64,000 bases of DNA from Thermovirgaceae bacterium (lineage in GTDB: Bacteria > Synergistota > Synergistia > Synergistales > Thermovirgaceae). Shown here piece by piece: positions 20,574 through 32,743 of this stretch. The stretch is from contig JAXGNU010000001.1 in the NCBI GenBank assembly GCA_040767805.1, positions 128,001 to 192,000 of the forward strand. The letters run 5' to 3'. The translations under genes were made by a program, and so were the position numbers. The notes under the pieces are model-generated. The model ran no database searches, had not been told where the DNA came from, and was given only the letters and a program-made list of their open reading frames with translations. The first letter of the stretch is position 1. Every line of letters begins with the position of its first letter.

Positions 20574-20650
20574 AAAACGCCCTCCCCGATGGAATAACCC
20601 TCATCGCCGTCAAAAACCGTTTCCGGGGCCAGGAGCGGCATTCCGCCATG

Positions 20651-20680
20651 ATTTTAGCATGAAAAGAACCCGAAGTTGAA
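20651..20680 (-). promoter_or_regulatory. Putative promoter of the glycosyltransferase-CBS-ATPase operon
   Basis: TTCAAC-N18-TAAAAT with an extended -10 (TGc-TAAAAT). Confidence 0.55.
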
Positions 20681-20688
20681 AATGAGGA

Positions 20689-22451
<1,763 letters not shown>

Positions 22452-22494
22452 AGCGTATCACTTCCCCCTTTTCGATTTATGCCCCACCGGCGGT

Positions 22495-23760
22495 CTAGCC
22501 GATGATGTCCTTCAAATGGAGCATGTGGCCCAGTTTATTCTCCTTTGTTTCAAGGTACTTTTCGTTGAAGGCGTTGGGGGAGATGACAAGGGGGATCCTG
22601 TCCACCACTTCAAGGCCGTGCCCCTCGAGACCTATGATCTTCCTGGGGTTGTTCGTGATGAGCCTGATCCTTTTCAGGCCGAGGTCGGAGAGGATCTGGG
22701 CGCCGATCCCGTAGTCCCTGAGGTCGGGCTTGTAACCCAGGGCCTCGTTGGCCTCCACCGTGTCGAGCCCTTTCTCCTGCAGTTCGTAGGCGTGGAGTTT
22801 CTCCAGTAACCCTATCCCCCGCCCCTCCTGCCTCATGTACAGCAAGACCCCGTTCCCCTCGCCCTCGATCATTCTCAAGGCGGTCTTCAACTGCGGCCCG
22901 CAGTCGCACCGCAGGGAGCCCAGGGCATCCCCGGTCAGGCATTCGGAATGGACCCTCACAAGGGTCGCCCTTTCCGGGGAGATATTCCCTTTCACCAGGG
23001 CCAGGTGCACCTTGTCGCCGCTCTCATCCAGCACGGAGACATATGCGTGGGCGACGAAATCGCCGTATTCCGTCGGCAGGTTCACGACCGCGACCTTCTC
23101 CACCAGTTTTTCCTTCTTGTTCCTGTACCGGATGAGTGCCTCGATGGTGATGATCTTTAGCCCGTGAAGTTCAGCGAATTCCACCAGGTCGGGGAAGCGG
23201 GCCATGGATCCGTCGTCCTTCATGATCTCGCATATGGCGCCCACGGGCGACCTCCCGGCCAGCCTGGCCAGGTCCACGGCGGCCTCGGTATGGCCTGCCC
23301 TTTTCAGAACCCCGCCGCAACGGGCGATCAGGGGAAACATGTGCCCCGGCCTTCGGAACATCTCCGGCGTCGCCTCGGGGGAGGCCAAAAGCCTCGCCGT
23401 GAGGGCCCTCTCGACGGCCGATATGCCCGTGGTGACGCCATCCCGGGCGTCGACGCTCACGGTGAAGGCCGTAGAGTGCGGGTCGGTGTTCTCCCTGACC
23501 ATGGGCTCGAGGTTCAGCCTCCTCGCAACCTTCTCATCCATGGGGACGCAAACGAGGCCCCTTCCCCGGGAGACCATGAAGTTTATGCTCTCCGCGTCAG
23601 CCGATTCGGCGGCCATCACCAGGTCGCCCTCGTTCTCCCGGGATTCGTCGTCCACCACAATGACCATCCCGCCGCTGCGGATTATCTCTATGGCCTCCTC
23701 CACGGTCGTGGAGGCCCTTTCGATTTCGGCCTTATCACGATCTGCTTCAGCAACTCCCAT
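22495..23760 (-). CDS. ribBA: Bifunctional DHBP synthase / GTP cyclohydrolase II
   Basis: [27 protein letters not shown]...RCDCG, QEGRGIG, TNNPRK. Confidence 0.98.
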   Translation of the reverse strand: MGVAEADRDKAEIERASTTVEEAIEIIRSGGMVIVVDDESRENEGDLVMAAESADAESINFMVSRGRGLVCVPMDEKVARRLNLEPMVRENTDPHSTAFTVSVDARDGVTTGISAVERALTARLLASPEATPEMFRRPGHMFPLIARCGGVLKRAGHTEAAVDLARLAGRSPVGAICEIMKDDGSMARFPDLVEFAELHGLKIITIEALIRYRNKKEKLVEKVAVVNLPTEYGDFVAHAYVSVLDESGDKVHLALVKGNISPERATLVRVHSECLTGDALGSLRCDCGPQLKTALRMIEGEGNGVLLYMRQEGRGIGLLEKLHAYELQEKGLDTVEANEALGYKPDLRDYGIGAQILSDLGLKRIRLITNNPRKIIGLEGHGLEVVDRIPLVISPNAFNEKYLETKENKLGHMLHLKDIIG

Positions 23761-24408
23761 TCAAGACCATCCCATTTCTGCCAAAATGTCCAAGGTCAGC
23801 CCCCCGTCGGGGGACAAGGCCCTCTTTTCGAGAAGATTCACCAGGTATTTTGATAGTATATCGTACTCCACGTTCACCGGGTCGCCTACCCGGAGATCTC
23901 CCAGCGTCGTGGCGGCCAGTGTCTCGGGTATGAGCCCGACCCGGAACCGCCCCGCTTCGCTGGAGATGACCGTCAGGCTGACCCCCTGGACGGCGATGGA
24001 CCCCTTTCTCGCCACGAAGCGCGCGCCCTCCGGAGGGAGGCTGAAGTCCAGTTCCCTGCTCAGCCCCAGGTCCGCGAGGCCGACCACTCGGGAGACCAGG
24101 TCCACGTGGCCGGTGACGATATGCCCCTCGAGCCGTCCCGAGGCGGGCATGGCCCTCTCCAGGTTGACGCGGTAGCCGGGTTTTATGTTCCCCAGGATGC
24201 TATTCCCGGAGGTTTCGGGCATCATCTGCACCGTAAAACTGCCCCTCCCCTGGTCCACCACGGAAAGGCAAGCCCCCGAGACGGAGACGGAATCGCCCCT
24301 TTTCAACTCCCAGTCGAGGGGGACCCCCCCTATACCAAGTTCAACGACCTCGCCGCTCCTTTTAAAGCCGGTTACCCTCGCCGTGCACTCAACCAGTCCC
24401 GTGAACAT
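23761..24408 (-). CDS. ribE: Riboflavin synthase
   Basis: MFTGLVE start, GACLS, GHIVTGHVD, GVSLTV. Confidence 0.97.
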   Translation of the reverse strand: MFTGLVECTARVTGFKRSGEVVELGIGGVPLDWELKRGDSVSVSGACLSVVDQGRGSFTVQMMPETSGNSILGNIKPGYRVNLERAMPASGRLEGHIVTGHVDLVSRVVGLADLGLSRELDFSLPPEGARFVARKGSIAVQGVSLTVISSEAGRFRVGLIPETLAATTLGDLRVGDPVNVEYDILSKYLVNLLEKRALSPDGGLTLDILAEMGWS

Positions 24409-25493
24409 GGGTTGACCCCCTCCAGCCAAAGATCGCCGTCGAGGTCCCTGGTGCTCTCGACCCTGACCCCGATGGAATCGGCGAGCCTTTCAAGGACAAA
24501 ACCATCGCCGATGCCGTGCCCTTTTCCGGAAAACCTCGGCGAGACGAAAAGGGCGATCCCGTCAAAAAGCCTCCGGGCCAGGAATGATCCCAGTACGCCG
24601 GGGCCGCCTTCGACAAGCAGGTTGTTGACCCCCAGGTGGGCAAGTTTTTCCAGCACGTTTCCCAAGAGGGGTCTTCCCGTACCGTCGGCCTCGGCCTTGT
24701 AAAGTATACAACCTTTTTCCCGCAAAGCCCTCGATGCTTCACCCGGTGCTTCACGGGAGTGAAAGATGACCGTCCCCTCCCTGGCCAGGCGTGCCGATGG
24801 GGACATCCTCAGGGAAGGGTCCAGGACTACCGGTATTGGGTCCCTCCCATCGGTGTCCCTGACGGTCAGGAGGGGGTCGTCGGCGGAAACGGTGCCGATA
24901 CCCACCATGACGGCGTCGTTGGCATCCCTCAACAGGTGGCCCCTCACCCGGGAAAAGGAGTTGGTGATCCAGCGGCTCTCGCCGGAGGGCATCGCCATGT
25001 TCCCGTCGAGGGTCGCTGCCGCCTTGAGGGTGACCCAGGGGCGGTCCCGCTCGATCCTGGAGAGGAAACCACGGTTGATATACCTGCACCTATCCTCCAG
25101 TACGCCCTGGATGACCTCCACCCCGGCCTCCCTCATCATGGCGAAGCCGCCGCCGGCCGTCCTTGGATCGGGGTCGGCCATCCCCGCGACGACCCTGGCG
25201 ATGCCCGCCCCGATGACCCTGGGGGCGCAGGGGGAGGTCCTCCCGTGGTGACGGCAGGGCTCGAGGTTGACGTAAAGCGTCGCCCCCCGCGCCCTCTCAC
25301 CGGCGCGGTCCAGCGCGACCGCCTCGGCGTGGGGTCCCCCGACCTCACCGTGGTAACCCCAACCCACGAGACCGCCGGGACCAACGATCACGCACCCCAC
25401 CAGGGGGTTGGGGCTGACCCTGCCCGTCCCCCTGAGGGCGAGGCTAAGGACCGCCCTCATGTTCAAGGCATCCCTCTTCGGGTCATTCATCAT
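24372..25493 (-). CDS. ribD: Riboflavin biosynthesis deaminase/reductase
   Basis: PNPLVGC, HAE, LEPCRHHGRTSPC, VEGG. Confidence 0.97.
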   Translation of the reverse strand: MMNDPKRDALNMRAVLSLALRGTGRVSPNPLVGCVIVGPGGLVGWGYHGEVGGPHAEAVALDRAGERARGATLYVNLEPCRHHGRTSPCAPRVIGAGIARVVAGMADPDPRTAGGGFAMMREAGVEVIQGVLEDRCRYINRGFLSRIERDRPWVTLKAAATLDGNMAMPSGESRWITNSFSRVRGHLLRDANDAVMVGIGTVSADDPLLTVRDTDGRDPIPVVLDPSLRMSPSARLAREGTVIFHSREAPGEASRALREKGCILYKAEADGTGRPLLGNVLEKLAHLGVNNLLVEGGPGVLGSFLARRLFDGIALFVSPRFSGKGHGIGDGFVLERLADSIGVRVESTRDLDGDLWLEGVNPCSRDWLSARRG

Positions 25494-26928
25494 CCTGCTC
25501 CCGGCCTCCCAGGTGGCGGATTATCCTCTTCGCCGCCTCGGCGCTGACGCCCTTTACGGAAGAGACCTCTTCCGGGGTCAGTGTGGATATCCTGGCGACG
25601 CTGCCGAACCTCGAAAGGAGCCTCGAGGCGAGTATCTTGCCTATGCCCGGCACATCCTCCAGCGACGAGCGGGACATCCTCTTCCTGCCGGCCCTCCTGC
25701 TGGCGGCGATGGCAAACCGGTGGGACTCGTCCCTTACCCGCTGGAGGAGCATCAGGGCTTCGTTCTCCGGGGGCAGGCGGATCGGTTCCCCCCTCCCGGG
25801 CACGTAAAGCAGCTCCTCCCTTTTCGCGATAGCGGCCACCGGGACCTCGGCAAGGCCCAGGGCCTTGAGCGCCTCCAAGGCGAAGGAGAGCTGGCCGGGG
25901 CCGCCGTCGATCAGGATGAGTTGCGGCAAAACCCCCGACTCCTCCAGGACCCTTTTGTACCTTCTCTCCAGGACCTCCGCGATGGACCTGAAGTCATCGA
26001 TCCCCTCGACGGTGCGGATCCGGTACTTCCTGTACAGGGAGGGGTTCGGGAGGCCCTGCTCGAAAACAACGCAGACTCCGTAGGCCTCTCCGCCGGCGAA
26101 ATGGGAGATGTCGTACCCCTCGATCCTCCAGGGAAGGGTCGGAAGGGACAACACCTCCTGGAGTTGGGTAAGGCTCTTCCAGGTACCGCCATCGAGAGGG
26201 TCCGAGAAGACCATGGACACGTGCCTCCTGGACAGCCTCCAGATGGCCCTTATGGTGTCCCTGTACCTGCCGGCGGTCTCGAAGTCCATCGATGCCGCCG
26301 CCTTGTCCATCCTCTCCCTCAGCCTACCCACGAGGGAGGCGGACTGCCCCCTCAGGAGCAGGGCGATATCGGCCACCCTTTCCCGGTATTCCGATGGGTC
26401 GGCAAGCCCGGCGCAGGGCCCAAGGCACCTCCCGAGGTCGTACCTCACGCAGGGCCTGGCGGCCCACTTGCCGCCCCTGGAATCGGCCCCGCATATCCTC
26501 AACGGGAAGAACCTCTCCACGAGCCGCAGCATCTGCCGCAGTTCGCCGGCGCTCACGAAGGGTCCGATGTAGTCCGCGCCGTCCCCTTCCTCGCGGTGCC
26601 TGGTTATCACGATCCTGGGGAAGGGTTCGTCGGTGATCTTCACGTAGGGGTACCGCTCCCCCATCTTGAGGTCGATGTTGAAAAAGGGCTGGTACTGTTT
26701 TATCAGCCTCGCCTCGGTTATCAGGGCCTCCGCCTCGGTCTCCGTCCTGATGAAGGAGATATCCCTTATGGAGGAGACGAGCTTCCTGAGCCGGGGCGAC
26801 GCAAACCCCCCGTGCCTGAAATAGGACTGGACCCTTTTCCTCAGCGATTTGGCCTTGCCCACGTATATCACGGTCCTGTTCTCGTCGTGGAACAGGTAAA
26901 CGCCCGGGCGCAAGGGCAGGGACCCCAC
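25483..26928 (-). CDS. uvrC: Excinuclease ABC subunit C (true start may lie slightly upstream)
   Basis: GIY-YIG (PGVY..YVGKAKSL), CLGPC, UVR domain, RIEGYDISH, DGGPGQL, RDESHRFA, HhH. Confidence 0.96.
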   Translation of the reverse strand: MGSLPLRPGVYLFHDENRTVIYVGKAKSLRKRVQSYFRHGGFASPRLRKLVSSIRDISFIRTETEAEALITEARLIKQYQPFFNIDLKMGERYPYVKITDEPFPRIVITRHREEGDGADYIGPFVSAGELRQMLRLVERFFPLRICGADSRGGKWAARPCVRYDLGRCLGPCAGLADPSEYRERVADIALLLRGQSASLVGRLRERMDKAAASMDFETAGRYRDTIRAIWRLSRRHVSMVFSDPLDGGTWKSLTQLQEVLSLPTLPWRIEGYDISHFAGGEAYGVCVVFEQGLPNPSLYRKYRIRTVEGIDDFRSIAEVLERRYKRVLEESGVLPQLILIDGGPGQLSFALEALKALGLAEVPVAAIAKREELLYVPGRGEPIRLPPENEALMLLQRVRDESHRFAIAASRRAGRKRMSRSSLEDVPGIGKILASRLLSRFGSVARISTLTPEEVSSVKGVSAEAAKRIIRHLGGREQDDE

Positions 26929-27031
26929 CTTTTTCTCAATGCCCCTTTTCTCCAGGTCGATCTTCCTTTCCGCCCTTCAAGGCCTCCGGCCGCGCTCCGC
27001 GCCTTCACCGGCCTCGAAGGGCTTGGACCGG

Positions 27032-27060
27032 TTGTCCACCGTCCCCCATTGGTATAGGAT
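27032..27060 (+). promoter_or_regulatory. Putative promoter of cysS
   Basis: TTGTCC-N17-TAGGAT; GGAGG RBS before the ATG at 27101. Confidence 0.55.
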
Positions 27061-27100
27061 ACCCCTAAAGAGGTCCTTTCCCACCCTTGGAGGTGCAGCC

Positions 27101-28504
27101 ATGGCTTTGTGCTTTTACAACGACCTTACCCGCAAGAAGGAGCCCTTCGTCCCCATCGTACCGGGGAAGGTCAGTTTTTACTCCTGCGGCCCTACGGTAT
27201 ACGATTTCTTCCATATCGGCAACGCCCGCCCCTTCATAATCTTCGACGTCCTCCGCCGTTACCTGGAGGCGAAGGGGTTCGAGGTGTCCTACGTCCAGAA
27301 CTTCACCGACATCGACGACAAGATGATAAACAGGGCGGCCCAGCTTGGCATCACCGTCCGGGAACTGGCCGACCGGTTCATCGAGGCCTACTACGAGGAC
27401 GCCGACGCCCTCGGCGTGAAGCGTCCCACCTTTTCTCCCAGGGCCACCGAGTTCATCCCCGAGATCATAGGCCTGGTGAGGCGACTCGTCGAAAGGGGTC
27501 ACGGCTACGTTGTGGACGGCGACGTCTACTTCGACGTCAAATCCTTTCCCGGCTACGGCAAGCTTGCCAAGCAGTCCCTGGAAGACCTCCTTTCGGGGGC
27601 CCGCATCGAGGTGGACCCCAGGAAAAAACACCCCCTGGACTTCGCCCTCTGGAAGGGTAAAAAGGAAGGTGAGCCTTCCTGGGAGAGCCCCTGGGGCGAG
27701 GGTCGCCCGGGGTGGCACATAGAATGCAGCGCCATGGCCATGGCTCTCCTCGGCGAAACCATCGATATCCACGCCGGGGGGAGCGACCTGGTCTTCCCCC
27801 ACCACGAGAACGAGATAGCCCAGGCCGAGGCAGCCACGGGAAAACCCTTCGTGAGGTACTGGATCCATAACGGCTACATCCTCATGGACCAGGAAAAGAT
27901 GTCCAAGTCCCTGGGCAACATACTCACGGCCCGCGAGGCACGCGAGCGGTTCTCCCCATCAGCCATCAGGCTCTTCATGCTCAGCGCCCATTACAGGTCT
28001 CCCATCAGTTTTTCCGATGAAAGCTTGGGGCAGGCCGAAAGCGCGGTCGCCAGGATAAGGAACTCCTACCACGAACTGGTCAGCGCACCCGTGGGCGGGG
28101 ACGGGCCCCCCTCCGAAGGGGAGGCACTTCCGCTCGACGAGGCGCTGGAGCGTTTCAACGCCGCCCTCGACGATGATTTCAACACCGCCGGCGCCATCGG
28201 AGCCCTTTTCGAGGCCGTGAGGACCATCAACCAGGCCACGTCGGGGGGCAAAAGCATCACGTCCGCTTTCAGGGAAAAAGCCCTTTCCTTCTTCGACCAT
28301 GCCGACGGTATACTGGGGCTCGTTGAAATGACCGAAGGAGGCGACAAGAGCCTCGAGGAAGAGGTGGAGGCTCTCCTGGCGGAAAGGGAGAGGGCCCGGG
28401 CCGAGAGGGACTTCGAAAGGGCCGATTCCATAAGGGACGAACTGGCTTCCAGGGGCATCATCCTCGAGGATACCCCCCATGGGACCCGTTGGAGACGGTC
28501 CTGA
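27101..28504 (+). CDS. cysS: Cysteine--tRNA ligase
   Basis: CGPTVY, HIGN, PGWHIECSAM, HHENE, KMSKS. Confidence 0.99.
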   Translation: MALCFYNDLTRKKEPFVPIVPGKVSFYSCGPTVYDFFHIGNARPFIIFDVLRRYLEAKGFEVSYVQNFTDIDDKMINRAAQLGITVRELADRFIEAYYEDADALGVKRPTFSPRATEFIPEIIGLVRRLVERGHGYVVDGDVYFDVKSFPGYGKLAKQSLEDLLSGARIEVDPRKKHPLDFALWKGKKEGEPSWESPWGEGRPGWHIECSAMAMALLGETIDIHAGGSDLVFPHHENEIAQAEAATGKPFVRYWIHNGYILMDQEKMSKSLGNILTAREARERFSPSAIRLFMLSAHYRSPISFSDESLGQAESAVARIRNSYHELVSAPVGGDGPPSEGEALPLDEALERFNAALDDDFNTAGAIGALFEAVRTINQATSGGKSITSAFREKALSFFDHADGILGLVEMTEGGDKSLEEEVEALLAERERARAERDFERADSIRDELASRGIILEDTPHGTRWRRS

Positions 28505-28544
28505 AAGGACCAGCCATGATCATCCTGTCCGGGGAAGGAAGAGC

Positions 28545-29054
28545 ATGAAGGAGACCGGCAGCCGCTACAAGAAGACCTATCCCGTTTCCTGGAGCCAGCT
28601 CCACAACGACTGCAGGGCCCTGGCCTGGAGGTTGCTGGAACTGAGGACCGACTGGGAGAGGATCATCGCCATCGCCAGGGGCGGCCTGGTCCCGGCCGCC
28701 ATCATCGCCAGGGAACTGGACATCCACTTCATCGACACCGTCTGCGTCTCCAGTTACACCGTCAGGGCGCAGGGCGGGTTCAAGGTGATCAAGAACGTAG
28801 CGGGCGACTCAGAGAGGACCCTGATCATCGACGACCTGGTCGACACGGGCAAGACCGCCAGGATCGTCAGGGAGATGCTCCCCCTGAGCCATTTCGCCAC
28901 GGTCTACGCCAAGCCCGACGGGAGGCCCCTCACCGACACCTACATCACCGAAGTGAGCCAGGAGACCTGGATACTCTTCCCCTGGGACTCCGAACCCCAG
29001 TACCAGTACATCGACCCCATAGCGGACCTTTCAAGGAACGGCCGAAAAGGGTGA
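28545..29054 (+). CDS. gpt: Xanthine-guanine phosphoribosyltransferase
   Basis: SW.QLH..RALAWRL, RGGLVP, IIDDLVDTGKT, WILFPWD. Confidence 0.93.
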   Translation: MKETGSRYKKTYPVSWSQLHNDCRALAWRLLELRTDWERIIAIARGGLVPAAIIARELDIHFIDTVCVSSYTVRAQGGFKVIKNVAGDSERTLIIDDLVDTGKTARIVREMLPLSHFATVYAKPDGRPLTDTYITEVSQETWILFPWDSEPQYQYIDPIADLSRNGRKG

Positions 29055-29055
29055 A

Positions 29056-29985
29056 TCAGGTCCTCTCCTCCCGCGAATAGGGCACCCCGAGGGCTCCTGG
29101 GGAGCCCAAGAGGATCCCCTTTCCCTTTTTCACCGATATGGCCAGCAGGACGAGGATGGTGAAAATATAGGGCATCATCATCAGGATCGGGGCGGGGAAA
29201 CTGGTCCCCGCCGCCTGTATCCTCAGCTGCATCGCGCCGACGCCCCCGAAAAGGTAGGAACCCAGGATCGCCCTCACGGGGTTCCAGAGGGCGAAGATCA
29301 CCAGGGCCACGGCGATCCAGCCGCGGCCGGCGCTCATGCCCTCGCTCCACATCTTCGTGTAGGCCAGGGAGAGGTAACTCCCGCCGACGGCCGCCAGCCC
29401 GCCCCCGACCAGGGTATAGGCGTAACGCAACCGTGCGGCGCTGAGCCCCATGGCGTCGACGACTATGGGCGACTCCCCCACGGCCCTCAGGTTCAAGCCG
29501 GGCCTGGTGTGAAAGATGAACCAGTAAAGGAAGAAAGCCAGCCCGTAGGATATGTAGACCAGGGGGTCGTGGTCGAAGAACACCGGGCCGACGACGGGGA
29601 TCCCCGAGAGCACCGGCACGGGGATCTTCCCGAAACCGGTCACCGTGAGACCCACCATTTTCCTACCCAGGAGGGCGCTGGCTCCTGTCCCGAACATGGC
29701 TACGGCCAGGCCGCTCACGACCTGGTTCGCGCCGATGGAGACGGAAAGAAAGGCGTGCACCAGCGAAATGGCCGCACCCGTGACGAAGGCCGCGATGACG
29801 CCCAGCCACGGGTTACCCGTGGCATGGGTCACCGAGAACCCCATGAAGGCGCCCATGAGCATCAGCCCCTCCAGGCCAAGGTTCTGCACGCCCGACCTCT
29901 CGGTGAGGATCTCACCCAGTGTCGCGTAGAGGATGGGCGTCCCGCTCCTGACGGCGGCCGCCAGGATGGGGATGAGGACTTCCAT
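29056..29985 (-). CDS. Nucleoside/purine ABC transporter permease (NupC-like)
   Basis: ERSGVQNLGLEG, GLNLRAVGESP, GRGWIAVALV..W.P. Confidence 0.92.
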   Translation of the reverse strand: MEVLIPILAAAVRSGTPILYATLGEILTERSGVQNLGLEGLMLMGAFMGFSVTHATGNPWLGVIAAFVTGAAISLVHAFLSVSIGANQVVSGLAVAMFGTGASALLGRKMVGLTVTGFGKIPVPVLSGIPVVGPVFFDHDPLVYISYGLAFFLYWFIFHTRPGLNLRAVGESPIVVDAMGLSAARLRYAYTLVGGGLAAVGGSYLSLAYTKMWSEGMSAGRGWIAVALVIFALWNPVRAILGSYLFGGVGAMQLRIQAAGTSFPAPILMMMPYIFTILVLLAISVKKGKGILLGSPGALGVPYSREERT

Positions 29986-29986
29986 C

Positions 29987-31060
29987 CTAACCGCTCTCCT
30001 TTCTCACCAGGAACACCCGGTAGTTCCGAAAGAACTCGAAGCCCAGCACTGAGAAGAGGATGCAGCCCTGGATAACCTGCACGCTGGCCAGGGGGAGCCT
30101 CATGATGACCTGGATGGTCTCACCGCCGACGAGGAGGACCCCCATGAAGAAAGAGACCACCAGTATCGCCCACGGGTTGAGCCTGGCCAGCCAGGCCACG
30201 ATAATGGCCGTATAACCGTAACCGGGCGAGAAACCGGGTTGGAGGCGGCCCTGGAGCCCGGCGATCTCGGTCATCCCCGCCAGCCCCGCTATGGCTCCCG
30301 AGATGAAAAGCACCAGCTCCACGTTGCGGCCGTAGCGTATGCCGGAGTAAACCGCGGCCCTGGGGTTGTCGCCGATGGCCCGGATCTCGAAACCCCATCG
30401 CGTCCACCGGATCACCAGCCTGAACACCAGGACCAGGATCACCGCCGCTACTATCCCCAGGTGGACCCTGGTGCCGAAAAATTGCGGCAGCCGGGCGGAG
30501 GGTGGGAAGGGGGGCGTCATGGGGAACCCCAGGCTGGAAGGGTCGCGCCAGGACCCGTAGATGAAGTAATCGGCGAGGTGAAGGCCGATATAGTTGAGCA
30601 TGAGGGTGGTTATCACCTCGTTCACGTTCCACCGCGACTTCATGAACCCGGCCATATATCCCCAAGCGCCTCCGGCCAAGGCGGCGCCCACCGTCATGGT
30701 TAAAAGCATGACGGCCTGGTTCCCCGATGGGAAATAACGCACCATGGCGGCCGATGCGAGGGCCCCGAGGTAAATCTGCCCCTCGGCGCCGATATTCCAG
30801 GTCTTCATCCTGAAGGCCAGGGCCACGGCTATCCCGGAGATAACCAGGGGTATGGTCTTGACCACCACTTCGCTAAAGCCGTAGCCGCTCCCGAGGGCAC
30901 CACGGAACATGGCCCTGTAGGTCGCCACGGGCGATACCCCGAATACCGAGAGGGCGCCCCCGGCAAAGACCAGGGCCGCCGCGACCGACAGGACAGGGAG
31001 GACCCCTTCGAAGAGCAACCCCGTCTTGAACCTTCTTCTCAGGACTACCCGGTACTTCAT
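29987..31060 (-). CDS. Nucleoside/purine ABC transporter permease (NupB-like)
   Basis: WNIGAEGQ, NEVITTLMLNY, GFEIRAIGDNP, GYGYTAIIVAWL. Start set at ATG 31060. Confidence 0.92.
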   Translation of the reverse strand: MKYRVVLRRRFKTGLLFEGVLPVLSVAAALVFAGGALSVFGVSPVATYRAMFRGALGSGYGFSEVVVKTIPLVISGIAVALAFRMKTWNIGAEGQIYLGALASAAMVRYFPSGNQAVMLLTMTVGAALAGGAWGYMAGFMKSRWNVNEVITTLMLNYIGLHLADYFIYGSWRDPSSLGFPMTPPFPPSARLPQFFGTRVHLGIVAAVILVLVFRLVIRWTRWGFEIRAIGDNPRAAVYSGIRYGRNVELVLFISGAIAGLAGMTEIAGLQGRLQPGFSPGYGYTAIIVAWLARLNPWAILVVSFFMGVLLVGGETIQVIMRLPLASVQVIQGCILFSVLGFEFFRNYRVFLVRKESG

Positions 31061-31068
31061 GGGAAGGA

Positions 31069-32655
31069 TCAAACCACCTTTCCCGGGGCGAAGGGTGCTT
31101 CCGCGCCATGAGGGCGGAACTCTTCGAGGCAGGTCCCGGCCATCATCAGCCCCAGCTGTTCCTCGGTGACGCTGTCGGGATCCTCCACGAGGCCCATGAG
31201 CCCCCCGTTGTGGATGACCGCTATACGATCGCTGAGGGAGAGGATCTCCTCCAGGTCGTCGGAGACCAGCAGGACTCCAGCTCCCTTGTCCCTTTGCTCC
31301 AGCAGGGTCTCCCTGACGAAGAGCGTCGCGCTGACGTCGAGCCCCCAGGTGGGTTGTACCGCGATGACCACCTTGGGGTCGTCGGTGAGCTCCCTGGCCA
31401 ACATCAGTTTTTGCAGGTTCCCCCCTGAGAGCATCCGGGCCGGGTAGCCCAGTCCGGGGTGGACGACGCCGAATCTCTCCACCAGTTGACCCGTGCGGCC
31501 GGCGATGTTCTCCCAGTGAATGAAAAAGTGGAACCGGGTGAACTCTTTCCTCCAGTATTTCCTGAGGGCTATGTTCTCCCTGAGGTTCATCCCGCGGACT
31601 AACCCGGTTCCCATTCTGTCGGCCGGGATATAACTGACGCCTCTCTTCTGGAATTCCCTTATGGGCCGCCCGGCCAACTCGTACCCGTCGACCTTGATGC
31701 TTCCCGCTTCGATCTTCCTGATACCCGCCAGGGCGTCGCACAGCTCCTCCTGGCCGTTGCCGGAGACGCCCGCCAGTCCCAGGAGCTCCTTTTGCCGGAC
31801 ATCGAAGGAAAAGTTGTCCACCCGGGTCCTGCCACGGTCACCCAACACGACGAGGTCCCTGGCCTCCAGCACTACCCTGCCGGGGTTCTGCAGGGTCTTG
31901 CCCACCTGGAAGACCACCTTCCTACCGACCATCATCTCGGCCAGCGATTCCTTGGAGACTTCCGCCACCGGCAGGGTGGCCACCTTCCTGCCCTTGCGGA
32001 GCACGGTGATGCGGTCCGATATATCCATTACCTCGTCCAACTTGTGGGAGATGAAGACGACGCCGTGCCCCTCGGCGGTGATCTGCCTGATCGTCTCGAA
32101 AAGGGCCCTGGCTTCCTGGGGCGTGAGCACCGATGTGGGTTCGTCGAGGATCAATATTTCGGCGTTGCGGTAGAGGGCCTTGATGATGGCCACCCTCTGC
32201 TGTTCCCCGATGGAGATCTGCCAGACGGGGGTCATGGGGTCGACGTGGATGCCGTACCTGTCCTGGATATCCCTTATCCTTTTGACGATGAGGTCCTTGT
32301 CCATCAGTATGGAGTTGCCCTCAAGACCCAGGGCCACGTTCTCCCAGACGGAGAGGGTCGGCACGAGCATGAAGTGCTGGTGGACCATGCCTATGCCGGC
32401 CCTTATGGCGTCCCGGGGGCTCCTGAAGACCTGGGGCAGTCCCTTGACGGCTATGGAACCGGCGTCGGGGATGTAAAGACCGCTGAGAATGTTCATCAGG
32501 GTGCTCTTTCCGGCGCCGTTCTCACCGAGGAGGGTGTGGACCTCGCCCCCGTACAGGTCAAAGTCCACCTCCGCGTTTGCCCTGACACCGACAAAGATCT
32601 TTTCTATCCCCCTCATCGTCACGAGGGGTTCCTGCTGGACCGTCGACAATAGCAT
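31069..32655 (-). CDS. ABC transporter ATP-binding protein with two NBDs (NupA-like)
   Basis: GENGAGKSTL, LDEPT, LSGGNLQK, QPTWGLDV. Confidence 0.95.
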   Translation of the reverse strand: MLLSTVQQEPLVTMRGIEKIFVGVRANAEVDFDLYGGEVHTLLGENGAGKSTLMNILSGLYIPDAGSIAVKGLPQVFRSPRDAIRAGIGMVHQHFMLVPTLSVWENVALGLEGNSILMDKDLIVKRIRDIQDRYGIHVDPMTPVWQISIGEQQRVAIIKALYRNAEILILDEPTSVLTPQEARALFETIRQITAEGHGVVFISHKLDEVMDISDRITVLRKGRKVATLPVAEVSKESLAEMMVGRKVVFQVGKTLQNPGRVVLEARDLVVLGDRGRTRVDNFSFDVRQKELLGLAGVSGNGQEELCDALAGIRKIEAGSIKVDGYELAGRPIREFQKRGVSYIPADRMGTGLVRGMNLRENIALRKYWRKEFTRFHFFIHWENIAGRTGQLVERFGVVHPGLGYPARMLSGGNLQKLMLARELTDDPKVVIAVQPTWGLDVSATLFVRETLLEQRDKGAGVLLVSDDLEEILSLSDRIAVIHNGGLMGLVEDPDSVTEEQLGLMMAGTCLEEFRPHGAEAPFAPGKVV

Positions 32656-32697
32656 CCCTCCGAGGGTTTATCCTGCGGGACGACCCTGGGCCGCGGG

Positions 32698-32728
32698 GAA
32701 AGAAAAGGGGGCGCGCCTCCGCGCCCCC
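32698..32728 (-). terminator. Intrinsic terminator/stabilising hairpin after the binding-protein gene
   Basis: 9-bp stem GGGGGCGCG/CGCGCCCCC with a 4-nt loop, then TTTTCTTT. Confidence 0.8.
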
Positions 32729-32743
32729 ATCGTTGGCTATAAA

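Noticed and set aside
31061..31741. Long N-terminal extensions in the ORF track for the permease, ahcY, mtnA, oxidoreductase subunits, rimP and cysS
   Set aside because: They overlap upstream genes or regulatory DNA and lack family similarity; starts were moved to downstream codons.
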